Shown: positions 40,126 through 53,023 of the stretch, piece after piece
Layout of the letters: every line of letters begins with the position of its first letter
Position numbering within the stretch: position 1 is the stretch's first letter
From: Eledone cirrhosa
Lineage: Eukaryota
Direction: 5' to 3'
Length of the DNA: 64,000 bases
NCBI GenBank assembly: GCA_964016885.1
Contig: OZ024765.1
Coordinates: forward strand, 13,640,001-13,704,000
The notes under the pieces: model-generated
What the model was told of the DNA's origin: nothing
Databases searched by the model: none
What the model saw: the letters and a program-made list of their open reading frames with translations, nothing else
Program-made: the position numbers and the translations under genes

Positions 40126-41569
40126 GATATATATATATATAAATTCAACGGACATTGACCACAACAGAACAACTCATCTAACCCATGCTAGTCTGGGAAA
40201 AAGGAGGTTAAATGATGATGATTTATATATTTAGCCTAAGAAAATATCTATATGCGTGTGTAATTTATACAAGCATATATTTATTTTTTTATTTTCAATT
40301 GAGTTCTTAAACACGTTGGATTGATAATGTTTTAAAAAAAACTAATTAACCCGCGTGTATATTATTTTTTTCCCTCATTTCGTGGATTGTGGGTTGTCTC
40401 CCCTTCCCGCTTCGTGTCGCTATGATACTTCCTCAGCCAAAAACTGCTGGAATTTCAAATTTGGCGGTCATTCGAGGCGAGAGAGAGTAACTTTACGGAC
40501 ACGATTTTTGACAGCGGTAAGAAATTATTTTCTTATATCAAAGTTTAACGGGCTTCCACTGATGATTTATAAGTGCCCACCTAAATATATTCTTACATGA
40601 ATATATATTAGGCTTCTACATAAACTGGAAACATTCTCCCAACTTGTAGAAAACTTATAATGAAACAATTGTTTGGAAAGAGATATACTTTAACTTTAAT
40701 TATATCTCATAAAATAATACAACTGGCTTTTCCACATTATACATATTGTTAGCACCCCAAACACTAAAATTGGGTTTATATTTAAATATAACCTAATGTT
40801 TGTTGAGTGAGATGGTTACCAGTCAGAGTTTAGTTTTAAACTATCTCTGTTATTGTATTATATATATATATATATATTTATAGCCAGCTCCATACTGTAA
40901 AAGTGGTTGGTGTTAGGAAGAGTGTCCAGCTGTAAAATCCCTGGCCAAATTTACGGTTCTTGTCAGAGTAAGGTGCGACATGGCCAACTCTGGCCAGACT
41001 TGTCTCCCGGCGCGGACTACTAGCTAACCCATGCAAGCATGGAAAAATGGATGCTAAACGGTGATGATGATGATGATATATATATATATTTAACCCTTTA
41101 ACATTCACATTACTCTATATATACTATTGTATTTTTGTGGTAAATGCTTTATCTTACATACTTATCTCACATAATATCGAATCTATGAGATTTTGATGTT
41201 ATTTATTTTGAGAACAATACCTTAACAACAGTATGAGTTGCCAGTTACTACCGGTTTGAACAGAATGAGATGAGAGAATTCTGGCCGGTTTAAATGCTAA
41301 AGTGATATATATATATTAGAAAGTGAACAACACAAAATATAACTACTCCATTAGCAAAGGTTATAATATATGTCTGGACCGATCCAGACGTATATTATTA
41401 TTGTCTGGGATCCAGAAACCTTTGGTAATGGAATAGTTATATTTTGTGTCATTCACTTTCTAATTAAATAGCTCTGTTCTATACATAGAGCACTCTTTTT
41501 TTCCTTTGCTTTTTTCTTTGGAATTACTTAAAACATATATATATATATATAAATCCAGCAGACACTGAC

Positions 41570-41757
41570 CTTGCGACACGTAGACAGTCTCTCACAGTCT
41601 CTAAATGTGATTTCAATTTGACAGACATCCAATATCTCCACCAAGCTGTATGAACAATTCCCAACAAAATTGTAATAACTGCCATCAAATGTCCTCATGC
41701 TGTATTGACCAGAAGATCTGCAGCTGTGTGACCGTGTGTATGTCTCTGTCCAATTGG
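41570..41757 (-). CDS. Exon: VWD1 start (CRSSGQYSMRTFDGSYYNFVGNCSYSLVE...TCRK)
   Basis: 188 nt, phase 1/0, TFDG..Y.F.G.C.Y motif, donor GTCAGT. Confidence 0.93.
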
Positions 41758-42094
41758 CTACAATTAACATTCAATCAATAATAAAATGACTATAGGAAAG
41801 TTTATCACAGTTTTTACTGTCTGTTTGCTATTGCCTATATTATTATTATTTTTATCATTATTTATATTATTATTTGGCAGTATTGGTAGAGGGTTGGAAC
41901 ACCATGCTTTGCAGCATAGTTATGGCCCTTTACAGTTTCAGTTCAAATCTCGCCGAGGTTAACTTTGCCTTTCATCCTTACGGGGTCGATAAAATAAAGT
42001 ACCAGTCACGCACTGGGGTCGATTTAATCAACTTTCCACTCTCCCAAAATTACTGGCCTTTTGCCTATGCTAGAAAGCATTATTATTATTTTTG

Positions 42095-43344
42095 GTTGGA
42101 TGACACCCCCGAGCTCAGGGATAGATTTTAACACCATGATCTCAAGAGTCCCTAGATAGATATTACAGGCAAAACCAACCAGTAGGAGACCCAGAGATAA
42201 ACCCTGAGCAAGATGGTTGGATAACACCCCTGAGCTCAAGAGTCCCAAGATAGATTTTATGGTCAAATCTAAGGGTAGGCCCTGAGCAAGATGGTTGGAT
42301 AACAATCCTGAGCTCAAGAGTCCCTAGATAGATTATATGGTCAAATCTAAGGGTAGGCCCTGAGCAAGATAGTAGGATAACACCCCTGAGCTCAAGAGTC
42401 CCTAGATAGATTTTATGGTCAAATCTAAGGGTAGGCCCTGAGCAAGATAGTTGGATAACACCCCTGAGCTCAAGAGTCCCTAGATAGATTTTATGGTCAA
42501 ATCTAAGGGTAGGCCCTGAGCAAGATAGTTGGATAACACCCCTGAGCTCAAGAGTCCCTAGATAGATTTTATGGTCAAATCTAAGGGTAGGCCCTGAGCA
42601 AGATAGTTGGATAACACCCCTGAGCTCAAGAGTCCCTAGATAGATTTTATGGTCAAATCTAAGGGTAGGCCCTGAGCAAGATAGTTGGATAACACCCCTG
42701 AGCTCAAGAGTCCCTAGATAGATTTTATGGTCAAATCTAAGGGTAGGCCCTGAGCAAGATAGTTGGATAACACCCCTGAGCTCAAGAGTCCCTAGATAGA
42801 TTTTATGGTCAAATCTAAGGGTAGGCCCTGAGCAAGATAGTTGGATAACACCCCTGAGCTCAAGAGTCCCTAGATAGATTTTATGGTCAAATCTAAGGGT
42901 AGGCCCTGAGCAAGATAGTTGGATAACACCCCTGAGCTCAAGAGTCCCTAGATAGATTTTATGGTCAAATCTAAGGGTAGGCCCCGAGCAAGATAGTTGG
43001 ATAACACCCCTGAGCTCAAGAGTCCCTAGATAGATTTTATGGTCAAATCTAAGGGTAGGCCCTGAGCAAGATAGTTGGATAACACCCCTGAGCTCAAGAG
43101 TCCCTAGATAGATTTTATGGTCAAATCTAAGGGTAGGCCCTGAGCAAGATAGTTGGATAACACCCCTGAGCTCAAGAGTCCCTAGATAGATTTTATGGTC
43201 AGATCCAAGGGTAGACCCTGAGCAAGATGGTTGGATAACACCCCTGAGCTCAAGAGTCCTTAGATAGATTTTACAGGCAGATCCAACCATTAGGAGACCC
43301 AGAGCAAGATGGTTGGATAACAATCCTGAGCTCAAGAGTCCCTA
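42095..43344. repeat. 78-bp tandem array, about 16 copies, homogeneous centre and diverged ends
   Basis: Unit GGATAACACCCCTGAGCTCAAGAGTCCCTAGATAG... Confidence 0.95.
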
Positions 43345-43397
43345 AAAAGAAAGCAAAGAAGACAAGACAACAGAAGACAGAAGAAGATATAACTTAC

Positions 43398-43565
43398 GGT
43401 GTGAGTATACAATACAAGGAGTACATTTTAAACCAGGTATACCCCAACTTCCAGTCATATTACTCCTACTACAACATTCTTTAAAAGACATTGTCTTTCC
43501 ATAGTTGTGTTCTGGTCCATAACAGCCAGACTCAATGAAGCAGAACTGTTGCTTGTTATCAGAAT
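43398..43565 (-). CDS. Exon: TB / follistatin-N-like six-Cys module (CFIESGCYG...MSFKECCSRSNMTGSWGIPGLKCTPC)
   Basis: 168 nt, phase 1/1, canonical splice sites. Domain call from the C..C..SxxECC..SWG..CxPC pattern. Confidence 0.88.
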
Positions 43566-44039
43566 CTGAAGAATGAATTGAATGGATTGAATATTGAATA
43601 TTGAAGAGTTTCGCAATTAAAGCAAGGTTTACATCATCACTATTAATTTCATCATCCTCATCATCATCACCATCATTTTTATGTTTACCTTTCCATGCAC
43701 GACAAACACTGCCTATTATTTTTAAATCATTGGTCTTCTTTTCCATTCATTCACATAACTGGCACTATTCCCCTCATTCAACCACTTTCATTCTTCCTCA
43801 ACACATGACCCAACCATCTCATTCCATTTTTCTCCACAGCATTTATCATTGAATCTATTCCTATCTCACCCAGTCACTTTCAACCTTCCTCAACACATTT
43901 TAAGATCATTTTAAAACTATTGTATGACCATTTTAAGACGATTTTATGACCACTTTATGACCATTGTGTTACCATTTTATTACCATTTTAAAACCATTTT
44001 AAGACGTTTTTAAAAAATCATTTTAAAGCCATTTAAATG

Positions 44040-44580
44040 TTATTAAAAACCATTTTCCCTGCTAATGCAGGAGTTAGTCTTTCATGCCTCATTAAAAGCT
44101 TAAATCAATAGCAACAAGACTAACCATTTTAAGACCTTTTAAAGACCATTTAATGACCGTTTTAAGGCCATTTAAATGTCCTTAAAAACCATTTTCCCTG
44201 CTAATGCAGGACTTAGTCTTTCAGGCCTCATTAAAAGCTTAAATCAATAGCAACAAGACTAACCATTTTAAGACCTTTTAAAGACCATTTAATGACCGTT
44301 TTAAGGCCATTTAAATGTCCTTAAAAACCATTTTCCCTGCTAATGCAGGACTTAGTCTTTCAGGCCTCATTAAAAGCTTAAATCAATAGCAACAAGACTA
44401 ACCATTTTAAGACCTTTTAAAGACCATTTAATGACCGTTTTAAGGCCATTTAAATGTCCTTAAAAACCATTTTCCCTGCTAATGCAGGACTTAGTCTTTC
44501 AGGCCTCATTAAAAGCTTAAATCAATAGCAACAAGACTAACCATTTTAAGACCTTTTAAAGACCATTTTAAGGCCATTTA
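44040..44580. repeat. 139-bp tandem repeat, about 4 copies
   Basis: CATTTTCCCTGCTAATGCAGG at 44051, 44190, 44329 and 44468. Confidence 0.92.
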
Positions 44581-44781
44581 TACCCAACAAATCAGGAGTC
44601 AGTTTTGTAGGCCCCATCAAAAGCTTAAATCAACGATGGCAACAACAACAACACCAAGCATTTTAAGACAGTTTTAAGATTACCTATACCTGGAAGAAGT
44701 AGTCAGTCTTGTAGACCCTATGAAATGTTTAAATCAAGAAATAGGGGATGAGTGGTGAAATGTCACAATAGAAGAACTTAC

Positions 44782-44886
44782 CACTTATTCTATCATGGCA
44801 TCGGTGACCAACAATTCCAGGGGGACAGTCACATTTACTGGGTCCCACACAGATGCCTTTGTTGGCGCAAGGGGGATTACATATTG
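44782..44886 (-). CDS. Exon: EGF-like domain (ICNPPCANKGICVGPSKCDCPPGIVGHRC)
   Basis: 105 nt, phase 1/1, six-Cys EGF spacing, ttcattgcag / GTAAGT. Confidence 0.93.
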
Positions 44887-46296
44887 CTGCAATGAAAGAG
44901 AGATTTGACAAAAGATATTAATAGTAATTAGTAATAGTAATTTAGTAATAATATTTTTAATTGGACTTGGAGATGATCACAGTGATGATGATGATCATCA
45001 TCATCATCATTATCATCATTATCACCATCATCATCATCTCTCTTTTATATTATATAAATGACTTCTACAGGACTAGAACTGTTTCATTCATATGAAATCA
45101 TTTATAAGAATGAAACAGTTCTAGTTCAGCAGATGTCATCTATATAATATAAAATAAATACATACACACATACATAAATATAAATATATATATATATATA
45201 TATAAATGAAGTAATTCCGTCGGAAAAGTCCAGGAAAAAAGAGTGCTCTATGTAGGTTACCACGATGTGGGTTACCACTAGTAAATGAAATAATTATCTT
45301 ATGTTGTTTATTACATAACTAAATATATATATATATAGGAACCAGTAAGACCCCGACGGCTGAGCTCAAACCGTTTCGACGGCTAATTCTGACGGCTAAT
45401 TCAGTCCAGAATTAGCCGTCGAAACGGTTTGAGCTCAGCCGTCGGGGTCTTACTGGTTCCTATTACCCACTCTACTACCCTAAGTATTGACATTATGGTC
45501 CACCTGGTTCCTTACAACATTTCCTTCATTATATATATATATCCAAAATTAAATTAATGGTGTCATATCTGAGAGACATGCGCCATATCCACTGCAGAAT
45601 ATGCTCAAAGATTCCAATGAATAGATCCGAGCATTTTATATCAACTAGAAATTGATTGACATATATATATATACACACTTTACAAATTATTCCCTGTGAT
45701 TGTTGTATATGTCTATTATATATCATCATCATCATCATCATCATCAACGTTTAACGTCCGTGTTCCACGCTTGCATGGGTTTGGACGGGGGTAGTCCCAC
45801 TTGAGGCAAGAGTGATTGTCTTGCTCGCATAGGACTGTCTGGCAGGTTTTCTACAGTTGGATGCCCTTCCTAACACCAACCACATTTACAGTGTGGGTCT
45901 GGGAGGTTTTTACCGTGTTGCCTACACGGCCACATTACAGCGTGGACTGTGTGTTTTTTTGTCGTGACACCTACACGATCTCATTTGTTTCGGCCTCGAT
46001 GGCGCGGCACCAACATAACTTTACATAGAACGGGGTGGTGTGGATGGGGTGGGGGTGGTGGTGGTATATATATATATATATATACACACAGACACACATA
46101 TATATATATATATTGGGTTAAGAGATGCCTACTGACTGTAAATGTGGTTGGTGTTAGGAAGGGAATCCAGCTGTAAAAAACCTGCCAGAGACACTTCCGT
46201 GTAAGCGAGACATGGTCTCCCAATCATTCATGCATAAAATGAAACAAAACCGTCTAACCCATGCTAGCGTGGAAGATGGGCGTTAAACGATGATGA

Positions 46297-46335
<39 letters not shown>

Positions 46336-46513
46336 TACACATATATATATAATGGCTGTATCACAATTTCAGGAATTGTCATTGCCACTCCTTGATAAAA
46401 CACACACAGTCAACCCTGCAAGGTGGTAGTACTGGTGCCACAATAGAATACATCCATGATGATGATGATGACGATAGTGATAACAATGACGATGATGATG
46501 ATGATGATGACAG

Positions 46514-46547
<34 letters not shown>

Positions 46548-47235
46548 AATTGTTTCTACTTTTGGCACAAGGCCAGCAATTACACCCCCCTCTCCCCCCG
46601 TACATTACTGGTACTTTATTTTATCCCCCCGTAAGGATGAAAGGCAAAGTTAACCTCGGCGGGATTTGAACACCGACCGTAAAGGGACGTAACTCTATGC
46701 TGGAAAGCATGGCGTCCGACTCTCTATCGATACTGCCAATCCACCAGCCCTTGATGACGAAAATAATGATTACAAAGATGATGATGATTATGATGATGAC
46801 TATGATGATGATTAAATATGATCTATGTAGCTGTTAAATATAATTTCCCCTAACGCTATTATTAACTTTGCTTCATCTAATATTTACAACCCAATGTGGC
46901 TGCCACTCCACTTGGAAACATCTGCTTTAAAATGGCTGCTGTTTTTGTTAACTTTTTTTGTTAATTTTTGTTAATTGTTTGGAGTAGCAGGGGTGGGGGT
47001 GGAGTGAGAGCAGCAAAGTTCTTATTAAGTTTGCTTTTATCATCATCATAACCATCATCATCATCACCATTGCCATCACAATCATAATAATGATTATAAT
47101 CGTCATCATCATCATAATCATCAACCAAGTTTAAAATGTCCAAGAAACGCTGTGTGACACTACAGCCCCACCCCTACAACTCCACCAAGAGTTATGAGTT
47201 TATACATGCACACACACACATATATATATACATAC

Positions 47236-47298
<63 letters not shown>

Positions 47299-47515
47299 CA
47301 TAATTCATAGATTATAAATGACTGCAAATGAGAAAAGAATAAAACAAAGCATCTTTGTTTTTTATTTTTCTCATGACAGGCTGAAGGAATTGGTGCCCAG
47401 AACCCAACAAAACTTAAGTGCCTATTTATGTCACTGTTGTAATTATTTATACTAAACTCGTCCTATGGACTGAGTGCTCTTACTTATGGATATTTCCACT
47501 TAACTTTTACTTCAG

Positions 47516-47564
<49 letters not shown>

Positions 47565-47621
47565 GTATATACACACATATATACATACACATATACACAC
47601 ATACATACAATCCTTCCTTAA

Positions 47622-47954
47622 CCCTTTAATGTTCTAACCGGCCCAAAACGGCCAGAATTCTCTACCTTTTTGTGCTGAAACTGGCTGTAACTGGTCACTC
47701 AAAATACTTTCAAAATCTCATATTTGATATTATGTGAGATAATTATGTGAGGTAAAGCCTTTACCATGAAAATATAATAGTATATATAGAGTAATGTGAA
47801 TGTTATGTGAGATATTATGTGAGGTAAAGCCTTTACTGTGAAAATACAATAGTATATATAGAGTAATGTGAATATTATGTGAGATATTATGTGAGGTAAA
47901 GGCTTTACCATGAAAATATAATAGTATATATAGAGTAATGTGAATGCTAAAGGG
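47622..47954. mobile_element. piggyBac-type MITE with internal repeat expansion
   Basis: TTAA|CCCTTT...AAAGGG|TTAA. Related full or partial copies at about 2685-2810, 6019-6155, 31250-31820, 41094-41302, 52870-53193, 55309-55653, 57813-58157 and 58572-59019. Confidence 0.85.
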
Positions 47955-48135
47955 TTAAACCAGTTATCAGAAAAAAATATTATGTTTATCACATTAGGTA
48001 CGATAAAAATATAAAATAGATGGATATTAATAAGGGTCTAGAATAAATTTTGTGCAGTGGTTCCATGAGACATGAAAACTATTTCAAGGGTTCTGCACCA
48101 TAAAGGTAAAATTGTTGAGAAACACTGGTTTAGAG

Positions 48136-48823
48136 CAGGCATGTCAAACTGAGTATTCTCCGAGGGTCACATATGTGTTGTCTGAGGGCCACACATGACA
48201 ACTAATTGCGCACATTACAACTATTTCTGTTTATTTTATATTAATGTCGGGTCACTCTTGAGTGCTACTGGTAGCATGTAACCCAGTACAACCTGTCGCA
48301 TGGTCAGGTCATCAGTGACTAAACCGACAACCCCACTAAGTTTACTTGGTGAGGAGAGTGATTTTGGACACCCTTCAGGACAAAAAACAAAACCTGACAA
48401 AGGGTGGAAGAACTCATAAGAGTCAACGGCCATCTAAAAAAAAAAAAAAGAAAATCCTGTCAAATCAATGGGTGGCAGTAGTTCCAGCTGCACACATCGA
48501 AAGACTGGTGTAGTGGTTCTGAGAACAATGCGGCTTTGCAGATGATTAATGCAAATTGTCAATGGAAAGGCACTCCTGCTCGAGTTAGAAGAGAACTATT
48601 GACCTTCAGAAGAAGCAGCAACCCCTGATTGTATTCTGCAACTGAAACAAGTATGAAGTACACCAAATCCAATGCTCCTAGGAGTGGCCCTGGTTCTTCT
48701 TATTTGTGAATGTAAACTTGGCCAGATTAGATTAGATTACGAAGACAAAACATGCCCGCGCTGCAAAAACCTTTGTGCAGGCCGCAGGTGTGCTTGTAAA
48801 GGGCTGGATGTTTGACATGCCTG
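48136..48823. mobile_element. Non-autonomous hAT (Charlie-like) element
   Basis: TIRs CAGGCATGTCAAAC / GTTTGACATGCCTG, with a perfect 8-bp TSD GTTTAGAG on both sides. Confidence 0.9.
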
Positions 48824-49588
48824 GTTTAGAGTATCTATTATAGTTAATGAGAAGGTGCATGGCTTTAAGGTTAAGGTATTCAGCTCACAAACGTAAGGTC
48901 ATGAGTTCGATTCCCAGTGGTGTGTTGTATCCTTCAGCAAGACACTTTATTTCATGTTGCTCCAGTCCACTTATTTGGCAAAAATGAGTTGTACCTGTAA
49001 TTCGAATGGCCAGCCTTGTCACACACTGTGTCACGCTGAATCTCCCTGAGAACTACGTAAAGTGTACGTGTGTCTGTGGAATGCTCAGGCACTTGCACGT
49101 TTATTTCATGAGCAGAGTGTTCCATTGATCATTCTAACTGGAACACTCATTCTTATAACCGATGGAATACCTTCAATATAGCTAATGAAAATGACACAAT
49201 ACATACATGGTTTAATTTGAGAGGTATTTGACTGCTATTTCTAGCTAATTAAGTCACCATGGGCGACCTTTTTCGAGAATCGGGCCTCATGAGATATGAC
49301 TCATCATCAGGCAGGCCGCAAGCGCTAATTTAAATTCATGCCCACATTAAAAAAAGGGGCAGTAACTTAGGTTGTTTTGATTTGTCTCTTCAGAATTCAT
49401 ACACGTTGTTTTCCTCGATCGTAAAAATGATAGCAAGATAAATTACGACTGAAAAAATGAGAAAGATTTCACTTAGGTGACTTAGGCGAGACATTTAGAA
49501 AGCTTCGCATGCTGCAGGTTGCCTATGACTGATGTAGAATATATGTTATTGTTAACGAAGATGCTTAAAAAACACACTAATTACTTAC

Positions 49589-49650
49589 GTTGATTACATT
49601 TAAATCCAGACCAACCAGAGCAGCATTTTTCTTCCTGTATTAATGTTTTT
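49589..49650 (-). CDS. Exon: end of EMI domain (KTLIQEEKCCSGWSGFKCNQ)
   Basis: 62 nt, AG/GTAAGT, phase 2/1. CCxGWxGxxC is the typical EMI C-terminal motif. Confidence 0.88.
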
Positions 49651-49697
<47 letters not shown>

Positions 49698-49795
49698 GTA
49701 AAGGAAGGAAGGAAGAAATAATCGACAAAGGGTAAAAAATAAAGCAAAAACAAACAGAAAATATCAAATAACAATAATGGTAATAAATAGAAATG

Positions 49796-49829
<34 letters not shown>

Positions 49830-49834
49830 TTTCT

Positions 49835-51035
49835 TTATTGGCCACAAGGGCTGACATCAAGAAAAACATTACAGACGGCACAGGACGGTACGATGTGGGT
49901 TTTGAGCGTGTAAATATTTTTATTATTTATATAAGAAAAGAAAAAAAAAGGACATAGAAACATATATATATATAAACAATAAAAATGAAAATTGAAATAA
50001 TGAAAAATTCCCCAATAGGGGGGAAACCTCCGAGGGTTACTCGTGGCGAAAACCACACAAAAGACCACGGCCGCCCTGACCACCAGGGCAAGCGCCCTCT
50101 TTCAATTTTTCCATTTCTCAAACTACAGACGTATATTCAGAGCAAGTCCCGTTCACTCGGACCATTCTCGCTACATTCACCCACCTTTCAATAAACTTGC
50201 TAGAAGGCAGCACTTGCCTCTCCACCCTGATTTTCGTCTTCAAGTGAAACTTGAAAAAGTTAATTAGGGATTCGCCGAAGAGGAAAGTGTCTGTCTTTAA
50301 CCCTTTCAACCTTGTCCACCACACAATCTCTTTCGCCATGGCCACCAGGCAGATGAAAACTGCCTGCCCTTCCTCCTCGAATGCTTTGGATTGTTCCAAG
50401 TTGATCTGGGCCCCACCCATGCCAGGCTCCTTAACCACCCTCTCTATGATGTATCGCATCAGGTGGAGGTTGTCGTGTATGGATCTGTCCGGAATGGTGC
50501 ATGTCTGCGCCTCTCCCACCAGACCCTTGACGACAAGCGCCAACCTCCTTGCTAACACCTTGGCCAAAATCTTGAACTCTGCGTTTAGCAGGGTTATGGG
50601 CCTGAAATTATCGATAACATCCCCCTTGTTCGGGTCTTTCTCAGCAGCGCCACCGCTCCCCGTTCTGCTGCCAGTTGCAGTAGACGTCTGCCAAGAGGTC
50701 ACCGAAAAAGTCCGGCATAAATGCATAAAGCTCATAGGGCAGACCATCCAAACCTGGAGATTTACCGCTCATGCTTCCCATATTTCACCGGCTGTTATTG
50801 GCTTTTCACAACACTGTGCTGCGGTCGTCGAGAGCTGAGGCAGTCCGTCGAGGTATGCACTGAAGTCCATGCCCCGATCCGGGCCGCCGCTGCTCCCGAA
50901 CAGTTCAGCAAAGTGCTGCTGAAAAGCTTCACACATCCGCTCTGGTTCGAGCATCATGCACCCGTTTTGGTCAGACAAAGAGCGAATTGTGGCTTTGTTG
51001 CCACGGCGCGTCTCTGCCATCCGGGCCCATTGGAC
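49835..51035 (-). mobile_element. L1/Tx1-clade LINE ORF2 remnant with internal deletion
   Basis: NFRPITLLNAEFKILAKVLARRL...Q.C.IP.RSIHDNL...NLEQSKAF (RT N-terminal part) is fused directly to a C-terminal segment. Stops and frameshifts are present. Confidence 0.88.
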
Positions 51036-51039
51036 GGTA

Positions 51040-51550
51040 TAATAATTGTTTCTACTTTTGCTACAAGGCCAGCAATTACCCCAGTGTATTACTGGTACTT
51101 TATTTTATCGACCCCCGTAAGGATGAAAGGCAAAGTTAACCTCAGCGAGATTTGAACTCGGAATGGCAAGGGATGTAGCGTCAAAGCATGGCGTCTGACC
51201 CTCTACCAATACTGCCAATCCACTATAATAATAATAATTGTTTCTACTTTAGGCACAAGGCCAGCAATTACCCAGTGCATTACTGGTACTTTATTTTATC
51301 AACCCCGTAAGGATGAAAGGCAAAGTCAACCTCGGCGGGAATGATTGCTAGTATAGGCACAAGGCTTGCAATTTTGGGGAGGGGAAACTCAATTAAATCG
51401 ACCCCAGTGCATTACTGGTACTTTATTTTATCGACCCCGTAAGGATGAAAGGCAAAGTTAACCGCAGTGGGATTTGAACTCAGATCATAAAGGGCCGTAA
51501 CTCTTTGCTGCAAAGCATGGCATCCGACCCTCTACCGATACTGCCAATCA
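51040..51550 (-). mobile_element. Cluster of three SINE family B copies (one partial)
   Basis: Reverse-complement matches to 4443-4635. Confidence 0.82.
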
Positions 51551-51837
51551 ATAATTAATCAGCTCCTGGAATTCTATAAGAATCCAGCCTCTATAATTCT
51601 CGGCAAAAAGGCAACTGAGTGTGTGGTCTGGATAAACGCTCACATGTGAGAAACAGACTCTCCGTCAGCCGCCCTCTGTTGTTTTTGCCGAGAATAAGTA
51701 AGTGACATAGTCACTACTTTAAAAACTGATAGCGGATGGTCTTCTAAATGTTTTTAATTAAACATACGGTATATTGCCAACTATACTATACATACATTCA
51801 TGAATACATCACTATTTTAGAGCATCAATACTAATTC

Positions 51838-52204
51838 TTTTCGCTTTTCCCTGCTTGCAAGGGTGGGACGGGAACTGATTCTGGCTTGATTTCTACAGCT
51901 GGATGCCCTTCCTAACACCAACCTCATTTACAGTGAGTGCTGGGTGCTTTTTTTTCTGTGGCGCCTAGACATCCACTTTACAGTGTGGGCTGGGTGCTTT
52001 TTTGCCGTGGCACCTCCACGACCACTTTGCAGTGGAATGATAGGTACCCCAGTCCCTATCATCTCATTTCTACAGCGAGTGAACTGGAGCAATGTGAAAT
52101 AAAGTGTCTTGCTCAAGGAAACAACACATCACCCGGTCTGAGAACTGAACTCACAACCTTTCGATTGCAAGGCCAATGCTCTAACCACTAAGCCATGTGC
52201 CTCC

Positions 52205-52205
<1 letters not shown>
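51838..52205 (-). mobile_element. SINE family A
   Basis: Reverse-complement match. Further partial or related copies lie at about 15925-16085, 19900-20135, 20655-20790, 24380-24695 and 48851-49165. Confidence 0.85.
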
Positions 52206-52267
<62 letters not shown>

Positions 52268-52390
52268 GTATATATTTATATGTATATATATATATATATG
52301 TATATGTATATATTTATATGTATATATATATATGTATATGTATATATATATGTATATATATATATGTATATATATATGTATATATATATG

Positions 52391-52421
<31 letters not shown>

Positions 52422-52661
52422 GTATCATCATCATCATCATCATCATCGTTTAACGTCCATCTTCCACGCTTGCATGGGTTTGGATGGGAGTTTTCCCACT
52501 TGAGGCAAGATTGGTTGTCCTGCTCGTATAGGACTGTCTGGCGGGTTTTCTACGGCTGGATGATAAATATATATACATATATATATATTCAGTCAAATGA
52601 CTGAAGCCATTAAAATAATAAAAGAACAAAAAATAATAATTGCAATTTATCGGCTACTTAC

Positions 52662-52844
52662 TTTTTATATAAACATGTCTTGTCTGGGTTATTTAGAAAA
52701 TCTAAAGTACGAGTGTTTGAGTCGCTGATGTCAACAACTGGCACATAATTCTCAAGAAGCATCTCAAAAAATACTTTTCTACTGCAAGTGCTATTTTTAA
52801 ATTTCTCTGATATTCTTGAAGTTTTGCAGATATGTTCATCAAAA
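52662..52844 (-). CDS. SCO-spondin/VWF-like gene, most 5' exon found: EMI domain, N-terminal part (FDEHICKTSRISEKFKNSTCSRK...PDKTCLYK)
   Basis: Acceptor tttttcag, donor GTAAGT, 183 nt open with phase 2/2, joining the next exon in frame. The HIC...C...CLYK...CC pattern fits an EMI domain. Not in the ORF track. Confidence 0.8.
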
Positions 52845-53023
52845 CTGAAAAATATAGAATTTTAAACCATTTAATCCTTAAGCATTTAAACCGGCCATAT
52901 CCTGCCAGAATTCTTTCACCTCTTTCTGTTCAAACCAGCCATAACCAGCTGCTCATACTTACGTTAATCCTTTAACATTTAAATCAGCCATATTCAGCCA
53001 GAATTCTCTCACCTCTTTCTGTT

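Noticed and set aside
42163-43335. 390-aa repetitive ORF on the gene strand, a possible mucin-like repeat exon
   Set aside because: It is a 78-bp tandem array and not Pro/Thr/Ser-rich. The flanking exons already join in phase without it.
52662-52790. Shorter version of the EMI exon using the AG at 52791-52792
   Set aside because: That AG has no pyrimidine tract. The frame stays open to a strong acceptor at 52845-52846 and the longer exon adds the first EMI cysteine.
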